A stretch of 64,000 nucleotides of DNA from a virus (Duplodnaviria; Caudoviricetes), in IMG/VR virus record IMGVR_UViG_2595698333_000001, positions 1 through 64,000 of that record; one strand, written 5' to 3'. Positions 5,957-15,235 of this stretch are shown here, piece by piece. The translations under genes and the position numbers were made by a program. Position 1 is the first letter of the stretch, and every line of letters begins with the position of its first letter. The notes under the pieces were generated by a model that did no database searches, was not told the origin of the DNA, and saw nothing but the letters and a program-made list of their open reading frames with translations.

Positions 5957-8938
5957 ATGCCACAGGATACACTCGAAGCCGAGGACGTTGTGCTGCCCGC
6001 GAAACGACAAGACGAACCGACGCTCAGGGAGCGGATGAGCGAGAACGCCTACCAGAACATCATGCCGGCGAGGTACCAGCGCCGGAACGAGGATGGTGAA
6101 CTGGTCGAGGAGCAGGAGGAAGTGTTCGAGCGCGTAGCGCAGAACATCGCTCTGGGCGACGTGCCTCACATGGACGGGATTATCGAGGTGGGTCCGAGCG
6201 AGTATCGCCCGGAGTTCCTCAGCGAGTTCCCCGACGGTGAGCACCAAGTCGAGGTGACCGAGGACAACGTGCGCTACCTCGACTACGAAAGCGTCGCAGA
6301 GGTCCTCGCTCCCGAAGCGCGACGTGAACTGGAGAACACCGCGGAGGAGTTCCAGACGCTGATGGAGCATCTCGCGTTCATGCCGAACACCCCGACGCTC
6401 ATCAACGCCGGCGACGAACTACAGCAACTGTCGGCGTGTTTCGTGGATTCGCCCGCTGACGACATGGACGACATCCACGACACTGCCCGGGAAGCGGCGA
6501 AGATTTTCCAGTCGGGCGGCGGCATGGGGTACGCCTTCTGGAAACTGCGTCCTTACGGTGATAAGGTCGGTTCGACGGGCGGCATCGCTTCTGGCCCTAT
6601 CACGTTCATGCGCACCTACGACCAGATGTGTAAGACCATCGCTCAGGGTGGTACGCGACGGGGTGCGCAGATGGGCGTCATGCGCGTCTCCCACCCGGAC
6701 GTAATAGAGTTCATCCACGCCAAGAACAAGGACGTTTCCCTCGCGGTGGCACTGGGTCTGAACGACCCGAAGGACCCGACAAACAACTCGTTCGCTGAGG
6801 CGCTCGAAGAGGCGCGTGACCTCATCAACGAGAACGGGAAGGTTCCCAAGCACCTGCGGAACGCGGTCGAACGTCACCTCTCGAACTTCAACATCTCGGT
6901 CGGCGTCACGCACGACTTCATGGACGCCGTGCAGAACAAGGGGGAGTTCACGTTCACCAACCCGCGGAACGACGAACCGCATATCGCCACCGAAGAAACG
7001 AAGGAACTGTGGGGTCGATACGACCTCGGACACCACGTCAGCGTCGGAGAGCCCCTGTCTGTCCCCGCGGAGGAAGTGTGGGAGCACATTATCGAGGGCG
7101 CCTACGAAAACGGAGAGCCCGGCGTTATCTACCTCGACACGGTGAACGACGAGCACTCCTTCGACGTGGACGAGCATCCTGACCACGAGATTCTCGCTAC
7201 GAACCCCTGCGGTGAGCAGCCTCTGGAGGAGTACGAGGCCTGTAACCTCGGGCATATCAACCTCTCGACCCTCGTGACCGAGGACGCGCCTGACTGGCGT
7301 GAGTACGACGGTGACGTGGATTCGTTCCTGAGTGACGCCATCGACTGGCAAGAGTTCGACCGACGTATCTACTCGGGCACGCACTTCCTGGACAACGTCG
7401 TCACCATGTCCGACTTCCCGATTCCGGAAATCGAGGAGAAGGTCACGTCCATGCGAAAAATCGGGCTCGGTATCATGGGGTACGCGCAGATGCTCATCCA
7501 ACTCGGTATCCCGTATGGGTCCGACCTGGGGAACGACGTGGCTCGTCGTCTCATGGCGTACATCAATCACGAGAGCAAGGCGGAATCTCACCACCTGGCG
7601 CAGGAACGAGGTGCGTTCGACGAGTGGGACAAGTCGAAGTACGCGAACCCGACGGAGTACCCGTCCTGGTTCGAGGAGCACACTGGAGAGAACCCGTTCG
7701 ACTGGGAAGACGGGTTCCCGGTACGGAACCACAACACTACGACCATCGCTCCCACTGGAACGACCAGCATGATTGGGAACACTTCGGGCGGCTGCGAACC
7801 GCTACACAACGTCGCGTTCCTCAAGAATGTCAGTCAAGACATCCAAGGCGAGGACGAGCTCGTGGAGTTCGACGACTACTTCCTGCGCGTTCTCGAAGCG
7901 AACGACGTAGATGTCCAGGCTGTCAAACGCCAGGCGGCGCGTCAAATGCAGGACCCGTCGCTTGAGTTTAAGGGTACTGATTCTCTCGACGAAGTGCCTG
8001 ATAGCATCGGGTCACTATTCGTTACTACTGGTCAGCTTAGCGGTCGTGAGCATGCGTCGGTTCAGTGCGCTTTCCAGGAAGGTGTGGACAGCGCTATCTC
8101 GAAGACGGTGAACTTCCCCTCGACGGCAACGCGCGGCGACGTGCGCGAGGTGTACGAGTACATCTACGAGCATGGTGGCAAGGGTGTCACCGTGTACGTT
8201 GATGGCTCGCGTCAGAAGTCGGTCATCTCGACGTCTGCGCATGACGCTGATGAAGAGGACACGGACACCGAGGAACCGCAGAGCACGCAAGAGACGACGC
8301 AGACGACGAAGCAGGTTGCCGACGACTTCCTCATCGACGAGTACGGTGTCAGCGTCGAGTGGCTCGATGCCGTGATGAACGACGAGGAGGTTCCGACGAC
8401 GGGCACGCCACGCCCGCGCGAACGTCCTGCTGTCCTCGACTCGACCGTCTACCCGGTGCGCACGGGATACGGCGAGCTCAACGTCTTCGTCAACGAGGAC
8501 AACCAAGGTCGCCCGTTCGAGGTCTTCGCGGAAATCGGGAAGTCGGGTGGGTTCACTCACTCGTTCACCGAGGCAGTCGGTCGCCTCACGTCGCTCGCTC
8601 TCCGTAGCGGGATTCCCGTGGACGAAGTCATCGACCAACTCGACGGAATCCGGTCGCCGAAGACGGGATGGCACAACGGCGGTCATCAGATTCAGTCGAT
8701 TCCGGACGCGGTCGCGTATGCGCTCGAACAGCATGACGCGGACCCCGATTCCGAACCCGAGGACCCCACACCTGAACCCGCCGAAACCCCCGTCCAGAAG
8801 GGGAATCAGCAGGAGTCAGAGGGTGGCGCTCTCGCGCACGGCGAAAACCCAGAATGCCAGGAGTGCGGAGCGATGGCGCTGACGTACAGCGAGGGTTGTA
8901 AGAAGTGCGAAGCGTGCGGGTGGAGCGAGTGCGGTTGA
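5957..8938 (+). CDS. nrdJ: Class II (adenosylcobalamin-dependent) ribonucleotide reductase
   Basis: FMPNTPTLINAG, SACFV, TNPCGEQPL, TTIAPTGT, DSAISKTVN; C-terminal SIPD-type domain and Zn ribbon; no intein seen. Confidence 0.97.
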   Translation: MPQDTLEAEDVVLPAKRQDEPTLRERMSENAYQNIMPARYQRRNEDGELVEEQEEVFERVAQNIALGDVPHMDGIIEVGPSEYRPEFLSEFPDGEHQVEVTEDNVRYLDYESVAEVLAPEARRELENTAEEFQTLMEHLAFMPNTPTLINAGDELQQLSACFVDSPADDMDDIHDTAREAAKIFQSGGGMGYAFWKLRPYGDKVGSTGGIASGPITFMRTYDQMCKTIAQGGTRRGAQMGVMRVSHPDVIEFIHAKNKDVSLAVALGLNDPKDPTNNSFAEALEEARDLINENGKVPKHLRNAVERHLSNFNISVGVTHDFMDAVQNKGEFTFTNPRNDEPHIATEETKELWGRYDLGHHVSVGEPLSVPAEEVWEHIIEGAYENGEPGVIYLDTVNDEHSFDVDEHPDHEILATNPCGEQPLEEYEACNLGHINLSTLVTEDAPDWREYDGDVDSFLSDAIDWQEFDRRIYSGTHFLDNVVTMSDFPIPEIEEKVTSMRKIGLGIMGYAQMLIQLGIPYGSDLGNDVARRLMAYINHESKAESHHLAQERGAFDEWDKSKYANPTEYPSWFEEHTGENPFDWEDGFPVRNHNTTTIAPTGTTSMIGNTSGGCEPLHNVAFLKNVSQDIQGEDELVEFDDYFLRVLEANDVDVQAVKRQAARQMQDPSLEFKGTDSLDEVPDSIGSLFVTTGQLSGREHASVQCAFQEGVDSAISKTVNFPSTATRGDVREVYEYIYEHGGKGVTVYVDGSRQKSVISTSAHDADEEDTDTEEPQSTQETTQTTKQVADDFLIDEYGVSVEWLDAVMNDEEVPTTGTPRPRERPAVLDSTVYPVRTGYGELNVFVNEDNQGRPFEVFAEIGKSGGFTHSFTEAVGRLTSLALRSGIPVDEVIDQLDGIRSPKTGWHNGGHQIQSIPDAVAYALEQHDADPDSEPEDPTPEPAETPVQKGNQQESEGGALAHGENPECQECGAMALTYSEGCKKCEACGWSECG

Positions 8939-8983
8939 CGTAGCGGGACGACTCCTTTTGCTCCGTGGTTGTTGTTCTATCGT

Positions 8984-9256
8984 ATGGACGAGCATCTGCT
9001 CGGCGCTGTTTCGCGTGCGCTCGATAAAGGCGTTGACGACGAAGAGGACCGCGAAGAGACGGACGACGACTTCAACCCAGGGAACACGCCTGACAACCTC
9101 GACCAGCATCCCTACGACGAGGAGGAGTGGCAGGAGGACTACGATGCTGAGTACGGGGACGACGAGGATGAGAAGGAGAAGGAGTGCGACCACACCGACC
9201 ACCGCGGTCGTCCCCTCGATGAGGACGAGTGTCCGTGGTGCAGTGAGGAGGAGTAA
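8984..9256 (+). CDS. Highly acidic hypothetical protein
   Basis: D/E-rich ORF ending CPWC. Confidence 0.6.
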   Translation: MDEHLLGAVSRALDKGVDDEEDREETDDDFNPGNTPDNLDQHPYDEEEWQEDYDAEYGDDEDEKEKECDHTDHRGRPLDEDECPWCSEEE

Positions 9257-9258
9257 TC

Positions 9259-9528
9259 ATGCCTGAGAACAACGACAATCCTGACCAGGAATCGGGAGAG
9301 ACGCAAAGCACGCAGTCGAGACACTGGCTCACGAACGATGGCCTCGCTTACCTCCTGAACATCTCGCTCGTCGGTGTCCTCGCTGCAAGCGCCGCGGGAT
9401 ACCAGGTCGAGCTGTCGGGCACGCTCCTCACCGTCTACGCGGCATCTATCGCTCTTGCGAACCTCTGGGCGTTCGGGTCCCAGGCGGCGAGCAAGCTGGG
9501 CGACATGATGAGCGGCCCGGGTGCGTGA
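9259..9528 (+). CDS. Two-TM membrane protein (holin-like size)
   Basis: Two hydrophobic segments. Confidence 0.6.
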   Translation: MPENNDNPDQESGETQSTQSRHWLTNDGLAYLLNISLVGVLAASAAGYQVELSGTLLTVYAASIALANLWAFGSQAASKLGDMMSGPGA

Positions 9529-9529
9529 G

Positions 9530-9697
9530 GTGCCTGAGAACGTCGAGTTAGCACGGTGCGACAACTGCGGCACAGGCGTTTGTGTCGCGCTCGCGTGGGA
9601 GGGTGCGGAGCCGATTCTCGTCTTCTCGTGCGACTGCTACGGACTGCGTGTCACCGACAGCCTAGAACCCGACGCTACGCCACCGCGGTGGAAGTAA
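9530..9697 (+). CDS. Small Cys-rich protein
   Basis: GTG start; CDNCG...CDC. Confidence 0.45.
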   Translation: MPENVELARCDNCGTGVCVALAWEGAEPILVFSCDCYGLRVTDSLEPDATPPRWK

Positions 9698-9814
9698 AAA
9701 CACGCGGTACGTAGCGTCTCTGCGTCGTCTGTTCGGACCCACCGACCACTTTTGCTTCGCTACGCACTTTTATGTTACTGGGTACTGTACGATTAGTCGG
9801 AGGTCGAAGAGAAA

Positions 9815-10966
9815 ATGGCGACGAACGCAGACGACAACGGCGATGGCAACGAGCGGATGAACAGCAACGTGGAAGTCAACGCGGTGCCGCTGGACGCAGT
9901 CAGCGACGCTGACGAGGATGCGGAGGTTCTCGGGTTCGCGGTCATGTCGACCACGGGCGAGGTCGTCGTTCCTCGTGACTGGTTGCAGGCGCAGTGGGAG
10001 GAGTACAACCTGCCCGAAGAAATCATGCCCAGCGAGACGTGGAATTCGAGTGCGTACAAGCGCGCCATGTTCCACCTCCTCGACCAGGGCAACGATGAAC
10101 AGTACGTGAAGACGTCCGCGGGCACGCAGAAGGTCACGCTCGACACCAAGGACGGCAGCGGGAATCAGAAGCACGTTCTCGCCAACGTCTGGTTCGACGA
10201 CGACCACCCGAACGCGGAGCAGTTGGACATCGAGGCAGGCGGCGAGTGGCGGCAGACGACGCTCGGTGTCACCAACTACGACGCCGAGGAGCAGGACGTG
10301 CGTATCACTCAGCGGATTGACGACGAGCACCCCCTGTCCGACGTCTGGCAGAACCTCGTCGCTCGTATCCGTGAGCTGTTCGAGACGCACAAGGTCTCGC
10401 ACAACGGCGACGACATGAGGGACGTCCTGTACGACTTCACGCGCTACTACAGTGACAGCATCCCGCTGCGCGACGGCGGCGCGGTGTACTTCATCCCCGC
10501 GAACGAGAAGGACACCATCGAGGCGCTCGCGGAAATCTGGGACAAGATGGACGACGAGTTCAAGCTGCGCGGGCGCGAGACGGAGATTCAGACGATTCCC
10601 GTCGTCTCCGACACGGAGCGCAAGGAGCTGGTCGAGAAGCGCGCGGCGAAGGTCGTCCGCGACGAGATTGACCGCGTCCTGGAGGACGCCTTCGAGACGG
10701 CTGACGACCCGGACGACGAGACGCCCGAGGACGAGATAGTCAGCACCATCGAGGACGCGCTCGGTGACCACGCGCAGACCGCCGAGGTCTACAACGCTCT
10801 GGTTGACGCGCGGATTGACATCCGCGACGTTCTCAAGGAGTTCGCTCGTGACGTGTCCTCGGAGGCGCAGCAGGACCTCATCGAGAGCACCCTGGAGCGC
10901 CTGGACGCGGACGAGGTCGCTACCGACGGCGGGCAAGAGCGTGACGAGAACGGGCAGTTCGTCTGA
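9815..10966 (+). CDS. Conserved phage protein (DUF6744-like)
   Basis: PLRDGGAVYFIP motif; strong codon bias; TTTTATG promoter at 9768-9774. Confidence 0.7.
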   Translation: MATNADDNGDGNERMNSNVEVNAVPLDAVSDADEDAEVLGFAVMSTTGEVVVPRDWLQAQWEEYNLPEEIMPSETWNSSAYKRAMFHLLDQGNDEQYVKTSAGTQKVTLDTKDGSGNQKHVLANVWFDDDHPNAEQLDIEAGGEWRQTTLGVTNYDAEEQDVRITQRIDDEHPLSDVWQNLVARIRELFETHKVSHNGDDMRDVLYDFTRYYSDSIPLRDGGAVYFIPANEKDTIEALAEIWDKMDDEFKLRGRETEIQTIPVVSDTERKELVEKRAAKVVRDEIDRVLEDAFETADDPDDETPEDEIVSTIEDALGDHAQTAEVYNALVDARIDIRDVLKEFARDVSSEAQQDLIESTLERLDADEVATDGGQERDENGQFV

Positions 10967-10984
10967 ACCTGCCTGAATCGTCAC

Positions 10985-11045
10985 TCTCGTCGGGCCATAC
11001 TCGCGGAGGCCCCTGACGAGCCGGGTGAGGTCCGGCGAAACGAGG
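10985..11045 (+). ncRNA. Type III hammerhead ribozyme (HHR1)
   Basis: CTCGT-C^ GGGCC[ATACTCGCGGA]GGCCC CTGACGA GCCGG[GTGAGGT]CCGGC GAA ACGAG: complete core, three stems, GUC cleavage after 10991, loop I CTCGC complementary to loop II GTGAG. Confidence 0.92.
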
Positions 11046-11055
11046 TCAAACAGAA

Positions 11056-11646
11056 ATGGGACGAACCCACATAGAGGTCGAGGACGACCGCGCTTTCGAG
11101 CGTGCGCGAGACATGCTCAACGCGGCGGACATCGACCCCGAGGCGGTGTCGTACATCGAGATAAGTGTCGTCTATACGGACGAGGAGGACACCGACGAGA
11201 GCACGTCGCTCACGCCCGAGGAGGACGAAGAGGATGAATCACCCACGGGCGACGACGAACCCGACGAGACGACGGAGACGCGCGAACGTGAGGCACCTAC
11301 GGGCGGAGGCGGTCCTGCGCCTGGTCAGGTGTACGAAGGTGAGCGCTATGAGGGTGCAGTGATGCCAGGCACTCACCGTGCGCGTGTTCTCAACGTCCTG
11401 CTCGACCACGAGGGCGAGTGGATGGACGCGCGTCAGGTGTTCGAGGAGGTCGAGCATCCGGACACCGACTACGACCAGGCGAAAGGTGCACTGTCGGGCC
11501 TGTCCAACAAGACGCCGTACCTGAGGAAGCGCGAGAAGAGCGACTACGGTCACCGCGAACCGCGTAACGAGTATCAAGCGAACGAGGCAGGAGAGCAGGC
11601 GCTTGCGGCAGGTCGAGAACTCGCCGCAGGCGAGAAGATGACGTAG
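11056..11646 (+). CDS. Putative winged-helix DNA-binding protein with acidic linker
   Basis: C-terminal wHTH-like pattern (RVLNVLL..EWMDARQV..KGALSGL..YLRKR..EYQANEAG). Confidence 0.7.
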   Translation: MGRTHIEVEDDRAFERARDMLNAADIDPEAVSYIEISVVYTDEEDTDESTSLTPEEDEEDESPTGDDEPDETTETREREAPTGGGGPAPGQVYEGERYEGAVMPGTHRARVLNVLLDHEGEWMDARQVFEEVEHPDTDYDQAKGALSGLSNKTPYLRKREKSDYGHREPRNEYQANEAGEQALAAGRELAAGEKMT

Positions 11647-11662
11647 GCGAGCGCCTGCTCGT

Positions 11663-11743
11663 CCTCGTCGGACACGCCCGCGAAAGTGTCCCTGATGAGC
11701 GCGTGAGCGCCATCGGACCCGGTCGGGTCGGGTCGAAACGAGG
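11663..11743 (+). ncRNA. Type III hammerhead ribozyme variant (HHR2) with a 17-nt insertion
   Basis: CCTCGT-C^ GGACAC[GCCCGCGAAA]GTGTCC CTGATGA (GCGCGTGAGCGCCATCG) GACCCG[GTCGGGT]CGGGTC GAA ACGAGG; cleavage after 11669. Confidence 0.75.
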
Positions 11744-11779
11744 CGACAACCTATGAAGGACGCAACCGAGGTGTGACCC

Positions 11780-13096
11780 ATGGCGAGTGGCATGGGTAAC
11801 GCTGACGACGAGATGAACCGCCGGGCGCTTCGGCAGCAGGAGCGCCTGAATCAGATGTCCACGCAGTCCCCAGCGGTCGGTCGGAGCAGTCCCGACGACG
11901 ACGGTGAGGTTTCCACGACTGACACGGACGCGGCGGCGATGCTCGAACACTACAACAGCAACGGAGAAGGCAGCATGACCAAGGAAAAGAAGAAACTCAA
12001 GTCGCCGAGGTACAGTGACGTTCCATCATACACGCTCGAAGCGCTCGACACGGACACGCTCAAGGACGACGTGTTCCCCGCCCTCGACTTCAGCGAGGCA
12101 GAACGCCAGGCAGCAGGTGCGCTCGTTCGCTACGCGGACCAGGACCTGACGCAGGCGGAGGTCGCTGAGAAGGCAGGCGTGTCGAGTACGACCATCAGCC
12201 GGACGCGGCGTTCGCTGACCACCTCGCGCAACCCCGACGAGGACAAGCGCGAGATTCTGCGGTACGCACGGGAGAACCCGGACGCGAGCAACAGTGAGAT
12301 TGCCGACAAGTTCGGCACCGCGTCCTCGAACGTGAAAGCGATGCTCCGCGAGTATCGGCACGCGCGTATCGTCTGCGAGGTCGAGGTTGAGGAGACGACC
12401 GACGACGACGAAAGCACGACCGGAGAGACGACGGGCGACGACGAGCAGGATGTCTCGGACGGAGATGACGACGACACGCAGAGCGACGAAGCTGACGCGG
12501 TACAGAAGGACCTGTCTGGTGACGGGGACGTGACGTACAAGTACGACCCGAAGGACAAGTCGAAGAAGCAGACGCGAGGAGGGCAGTCGCTGAAGAGCGT
12601 GCGCGACCAGTCGCACCTCATCTCGCTGTTCCGCGAGCTCGACCGTCGCCTGCGCGAGGTCGAGAACAACGGCGTCGAGGCAGATGTCCCGTCGGCGTTC
12701 AAGGGTCGCGTCTCCTCCCTGGAGAGTCAACTCGAAGGTGTGCAGTCGGTCGTTGACCGTATCGAGAACCAGCAGTCGAACCTGGAGCGGTTCGTCGAAG
12801 ACGAGTTGGACACGTCGTCTGACTTCGAGGCTCTGGAGCAGGACGTGCAGGACCTCAAGGAGCAGTGTCAGGGCATCGTCGAGGCGACGGAGCAGGACTG
12901 GGAAGAGACGACGCTCGGGCAGCGGGTCGACCGTATCGAGGAGTCGCTATCGTCGCACAAGGAGGCCATCCAGGACCTCCGCGAGTCGGGCGGTGGCGGC
13001 ACGTCGTTCTCCACGGAGGAGAAACGGAAAGTCATCGTCGCGCTCGCTGAGAACGGGCAAGACGAGCTCATCGACCGGGTCTTGGACGAGTTCTAA
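11780..13096 (+). CDS. Tandem-HTH plus coiled-coil protein
   Basis: LTQAEVAEKAGVSSTTISR and ASNSEIADKFG HTHs; C-terminal heptad repeats. Confidence 0.8.
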   Translation: MASGMGNADDEMNRRALRQQERLNQMSTQSPAVGRSSPDDDGEVSTTDTDAAAMLEHYNSNGEGSMTKEKKKLKSPRYSDVPSYTLEALDTDTLKDDVFPALDFSEAERQAAGALVRYADQDLTQAEVAEKAGVSSTTISRTRRSLTTSRNPDEDKREILRYARENPDASNSEIADKFGTASSNVKAMLREYRHARIVCEVEVEETTDDDESTTGETTGDDEQDVSDGDDDDTQSDEADAVQKDLSGDGDVTYKYDPKDKSKKQTRGGQSLKSVRDQSHLISLFRELDRRLREVENNGVEADVPSAFKGRVSSLESQLEGVQSVVDRIENQQSNLERFVEDELDTSSDFEALEQDVQDLKEQCQGIVEATEQDWEETTLGQRVDRIEESLSSHKEAIQDLRESGGGGTSFSTEEKRKVIVALAENGQDELIDRVLDEF

Positions 13097-13233
13097 GACA
13101 ACCCGGTCTACTTGTAATCCGCGAGTACAAACGCAGAGCGTTGTCCTTTTGCGCACCCGTTGACCACTTACACCCCGGTACGTACTTATATGGTACTACC
13201 CCGTGTACGACGATACGCGGAGGACGAAAAGAC

Positions 13234-13638
13234 ATGAGCGATTCCACGAAGACGGTCGAAGTGTTCCAGCCCCGGAGTACCGAGCAGTTCTACGACAGCG
13301 ACGAGGACGAGGTCCTCGATGAGGAGATGTTCTACGACCTGCGCGACCTGCGCAGCGGGTTCGTTGACGCCGAGGACCTCGACTTCGAGACGTTCGCTCG
13401 CTGCTACAACCTGGTCGGCGGCGAGAAGGTCGAGGCGGACGACGAGAGCGAGGCGCTCAACGTCATCTTCGACACCTGGCAGAACAAGCCCGCCGGCGCG
13501 GGTCGTCCCGTCAGTGGGGCGTTCCGCGAGTCGAACAGTCAGGAGCGCGCTACCTCGCTGAGCACCGGAGACATCGTTCGCGTTGACGGCACCGCGTACC
13601 TGTGCGAGAGCGTCGGATGGTCGGAGGTGTCGCTGTGA
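13234..13638 (+). CDS. YodL-like domain protein
   Basis: SLSTGDIVRVDGTAYLCESVGW resembles the YodL C-terminal motif. Confidence 0.6.
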   Translation: MSDSTKTVEVFQPRSTEQFYDSDEDEVLDEEMFYDLRDLRSGFVDAEDLDFETFARCYNLVGGEKVEADDESEALNVIFDTWQNKPAGAGRPVSGAFRESNSQERATSLSTGDIVRVDGTAYLCESVGWSEVSL

Positions 13639-13781
13639 TGGCGACCGAGTGTTTCGAGCTCGAGGACCCGAGCGCTGACCCGACTCTGCCTGACGGCATG
13701 GACGGGTGGTTCGAGGTGTACGACAGCGACGAGGAGGAGGCGTGGGTCGCCTCCGACACGACCATGGAGGTCCGCCGATGA
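13638..13781 (+). CDS. Small acidic protein (47 aa)
   Basis: Coupled ORF MATECFEL...AWVASDTTMEVRR. Confidence 0.6.
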   Translation: MATECFELEDPSADPTLPDGMDGWFEVYDSDEEEAWVASDTTMEVRR

Positions 13782-14062
13782 CTGAGTACGACCGCGCGGG
13801 TCGTTTCAACCTCGACGCCGACAACGGCGACCGCGTCTGCCTGTGCTACGTCGCGTCCACGAGCGGGACGATTCAGCAGGTCGTTGGCGAGGTCACCGAC
13901 TACGGCAATCTCACGGAGTTCACCGAGGTCACCGAGGACGAGACGGGCGACGTGTACCGGATGTGCGGCACGGGTCTCGCCGACCGCGAGCTGGGCGAGG
14001 TCATGCGCGACGGTCGGAAGGTCGGAGAGTTCGACTCGGCATGGGAGGTGAGCAGCCGATGA
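13778..14062 (+). CDS. Hypothetical protein
   Basis: ATGA overlap; GGAGG RBS. Confidence 0.65.
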   Translation: MTEYDRAGRFNLDADNGDRVCLCYVASTSGTIQQVVGEVTDYGNLTEFTEVTEDETGDVYRMCGTGLADRELGEVMRDGRKVGEFDSAWEVSSR

Positions 14063-14361
14063 GCGAGTACCTGGACATCTGGATTCACAGCGTCAGCGAG
14101 ACAGCACGCTCGCGCGACGGTGTTGACGGTCTCGAGGTGTCGCTGATGGTGCAGGTCGCTGAGAAGGAGGCCCGCACGTTCACCGGGCTCGTCTACCCGG
14201 GCGTGGCCATCGAGCTCAAGTGCGACCCTGACGACGCCAACCTGCACTCGGACGACCTGCGTGACCTGATGGGCCAGGCAGCGGACGACTGGAATCAGCA
14301 GTTCGGTGACTGGGAGACAGACATCCTCAGTCGAGACGCTCCCGTAGGGGGTGAGAAGTAA
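14059..14361 (+). CDS. Hypothetical protein
   Basis: ATGA overlap; GGAGGTG RBS. Confidence 0.65.
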   Translation: MSEYLDIWIHSVSETARSRDGVDGLEVSLMVQVAEKEARTFTGLVYPGVAIELKCDPDDANLHSDDLRDLMGQAADDWNQQFGDWETDILSRDAPVGGEK

Positions 14362-14606
14362 TGAGCGACTACACCCGCCTCGCCTACGCACCGTCGAGCG
14401 ATGCCATCCACGTCTGGGAAATCCAGAACGGCGGAGAGAAGGAGCATCTGTTCGCGTGCGACGAGGTCTGTGACGGTGACCACTGTGTCGGACCCGACGA
14501 CTTAACGCGAGAGCGCGAGGTCTCTGTCGGAGACGTCGAAGTCGAACGGAAGGGCGACACCGTGACCGTTCGCCTCGTGGACGTGGCGTCCGAGCCGGAC
14601 GAGTAA
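14361..14606 (+). CDS. Hypothetical protein
   Basis: Coupled acidic ORF. Confidence 0.65.
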   Translation: MSDYTRLAYAPSSDAIHVWEIQNGGEKEHLFACDEVCDGDHCVGPDDLTREREVSVGDVEVERKGDTVTVRLVDVASEPDE

Positions 14607-14658
14607 CGACTTTTCTTCGCGGCGTGACTGTTTTGTAGGCACGGTTGATATTGTTGGT

Positions 14659-15150
14659 ATGCACGAGTTCTGGCGAAAAGTTGACCGTGGAGATACCGAT
14701 GAGTGCTGGGAGTGGCAGGCTTCGGTCGCAGGTGGTGGATACGGTCATTACATCTACGAAGGTGAAGACTACCGAGCTCATAGATTTGCATACGAGCTCG
14801 AGTATGAGGACCCGCAAGATAAGCTCGTTCTTCACCAGTGTGATAACCGAGTATGTGTCAATCCTGACCATCTTTACCTCGGAGACTACACAGATAATCT
14901 CAACGACGCATACGGAAGGACGCGAGACCCACTTAGAGGTGAAGAGAACCCTGCTACATCGCTTTCAGAGCAAGAAGTAGGGGAAATAAAATGGTTGCTC
15001 GAAAACACTGATGAAACTCAGGAACAGATAGCTAAGTTGTATCCTGCTGGACAATCGACCATCAGCCATATTTCTTCGGGTGAGACGTGGGCTGACGTTG
15101 ACCCGAAGAAACCTCTTCCGCTATTTTCTGCTTCGTCATCTAATCTCTGA
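14659..15150 (+). CDS. HNH homing endonuclease with C-terminal HTH
   Basis: CWEWQ..YG..AHR..VLHQCDNRVCVNPDHL; lower GC. Confidence 0.9.
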   Translation: MHEFWRKVDRGDTDECWEWQASVAGGGYGHYIYEGEDYRAHRFAYELEYEDPQDKLVLHQCDNRVCVNPDHLYLGDYTDNLNDAYGRTRDPLRGEENPATSLSEQEVGEIKWLLENTDETQEQIAKLYPAGQSTISHISSGETWADVDPKKPLPLFSASSSNL

Positions 15151-15235
15151 CGTATCTCTCGTCCGAGAGTTGATAAGGTCGGACAACGATAGTTCCGATA
15201 ATGTCCATGCTACCCGGGCAGAGTGGAAGGATACC

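Noticed and set aside
13097-13150. Stem GACAAC/GTTGTC with an inner hairpin, considered as a third ribozyme (twister, HDV-like or pistol)
   Set aside because: Conserved cores not found; it is followed by TTTT, so more likely a terminator
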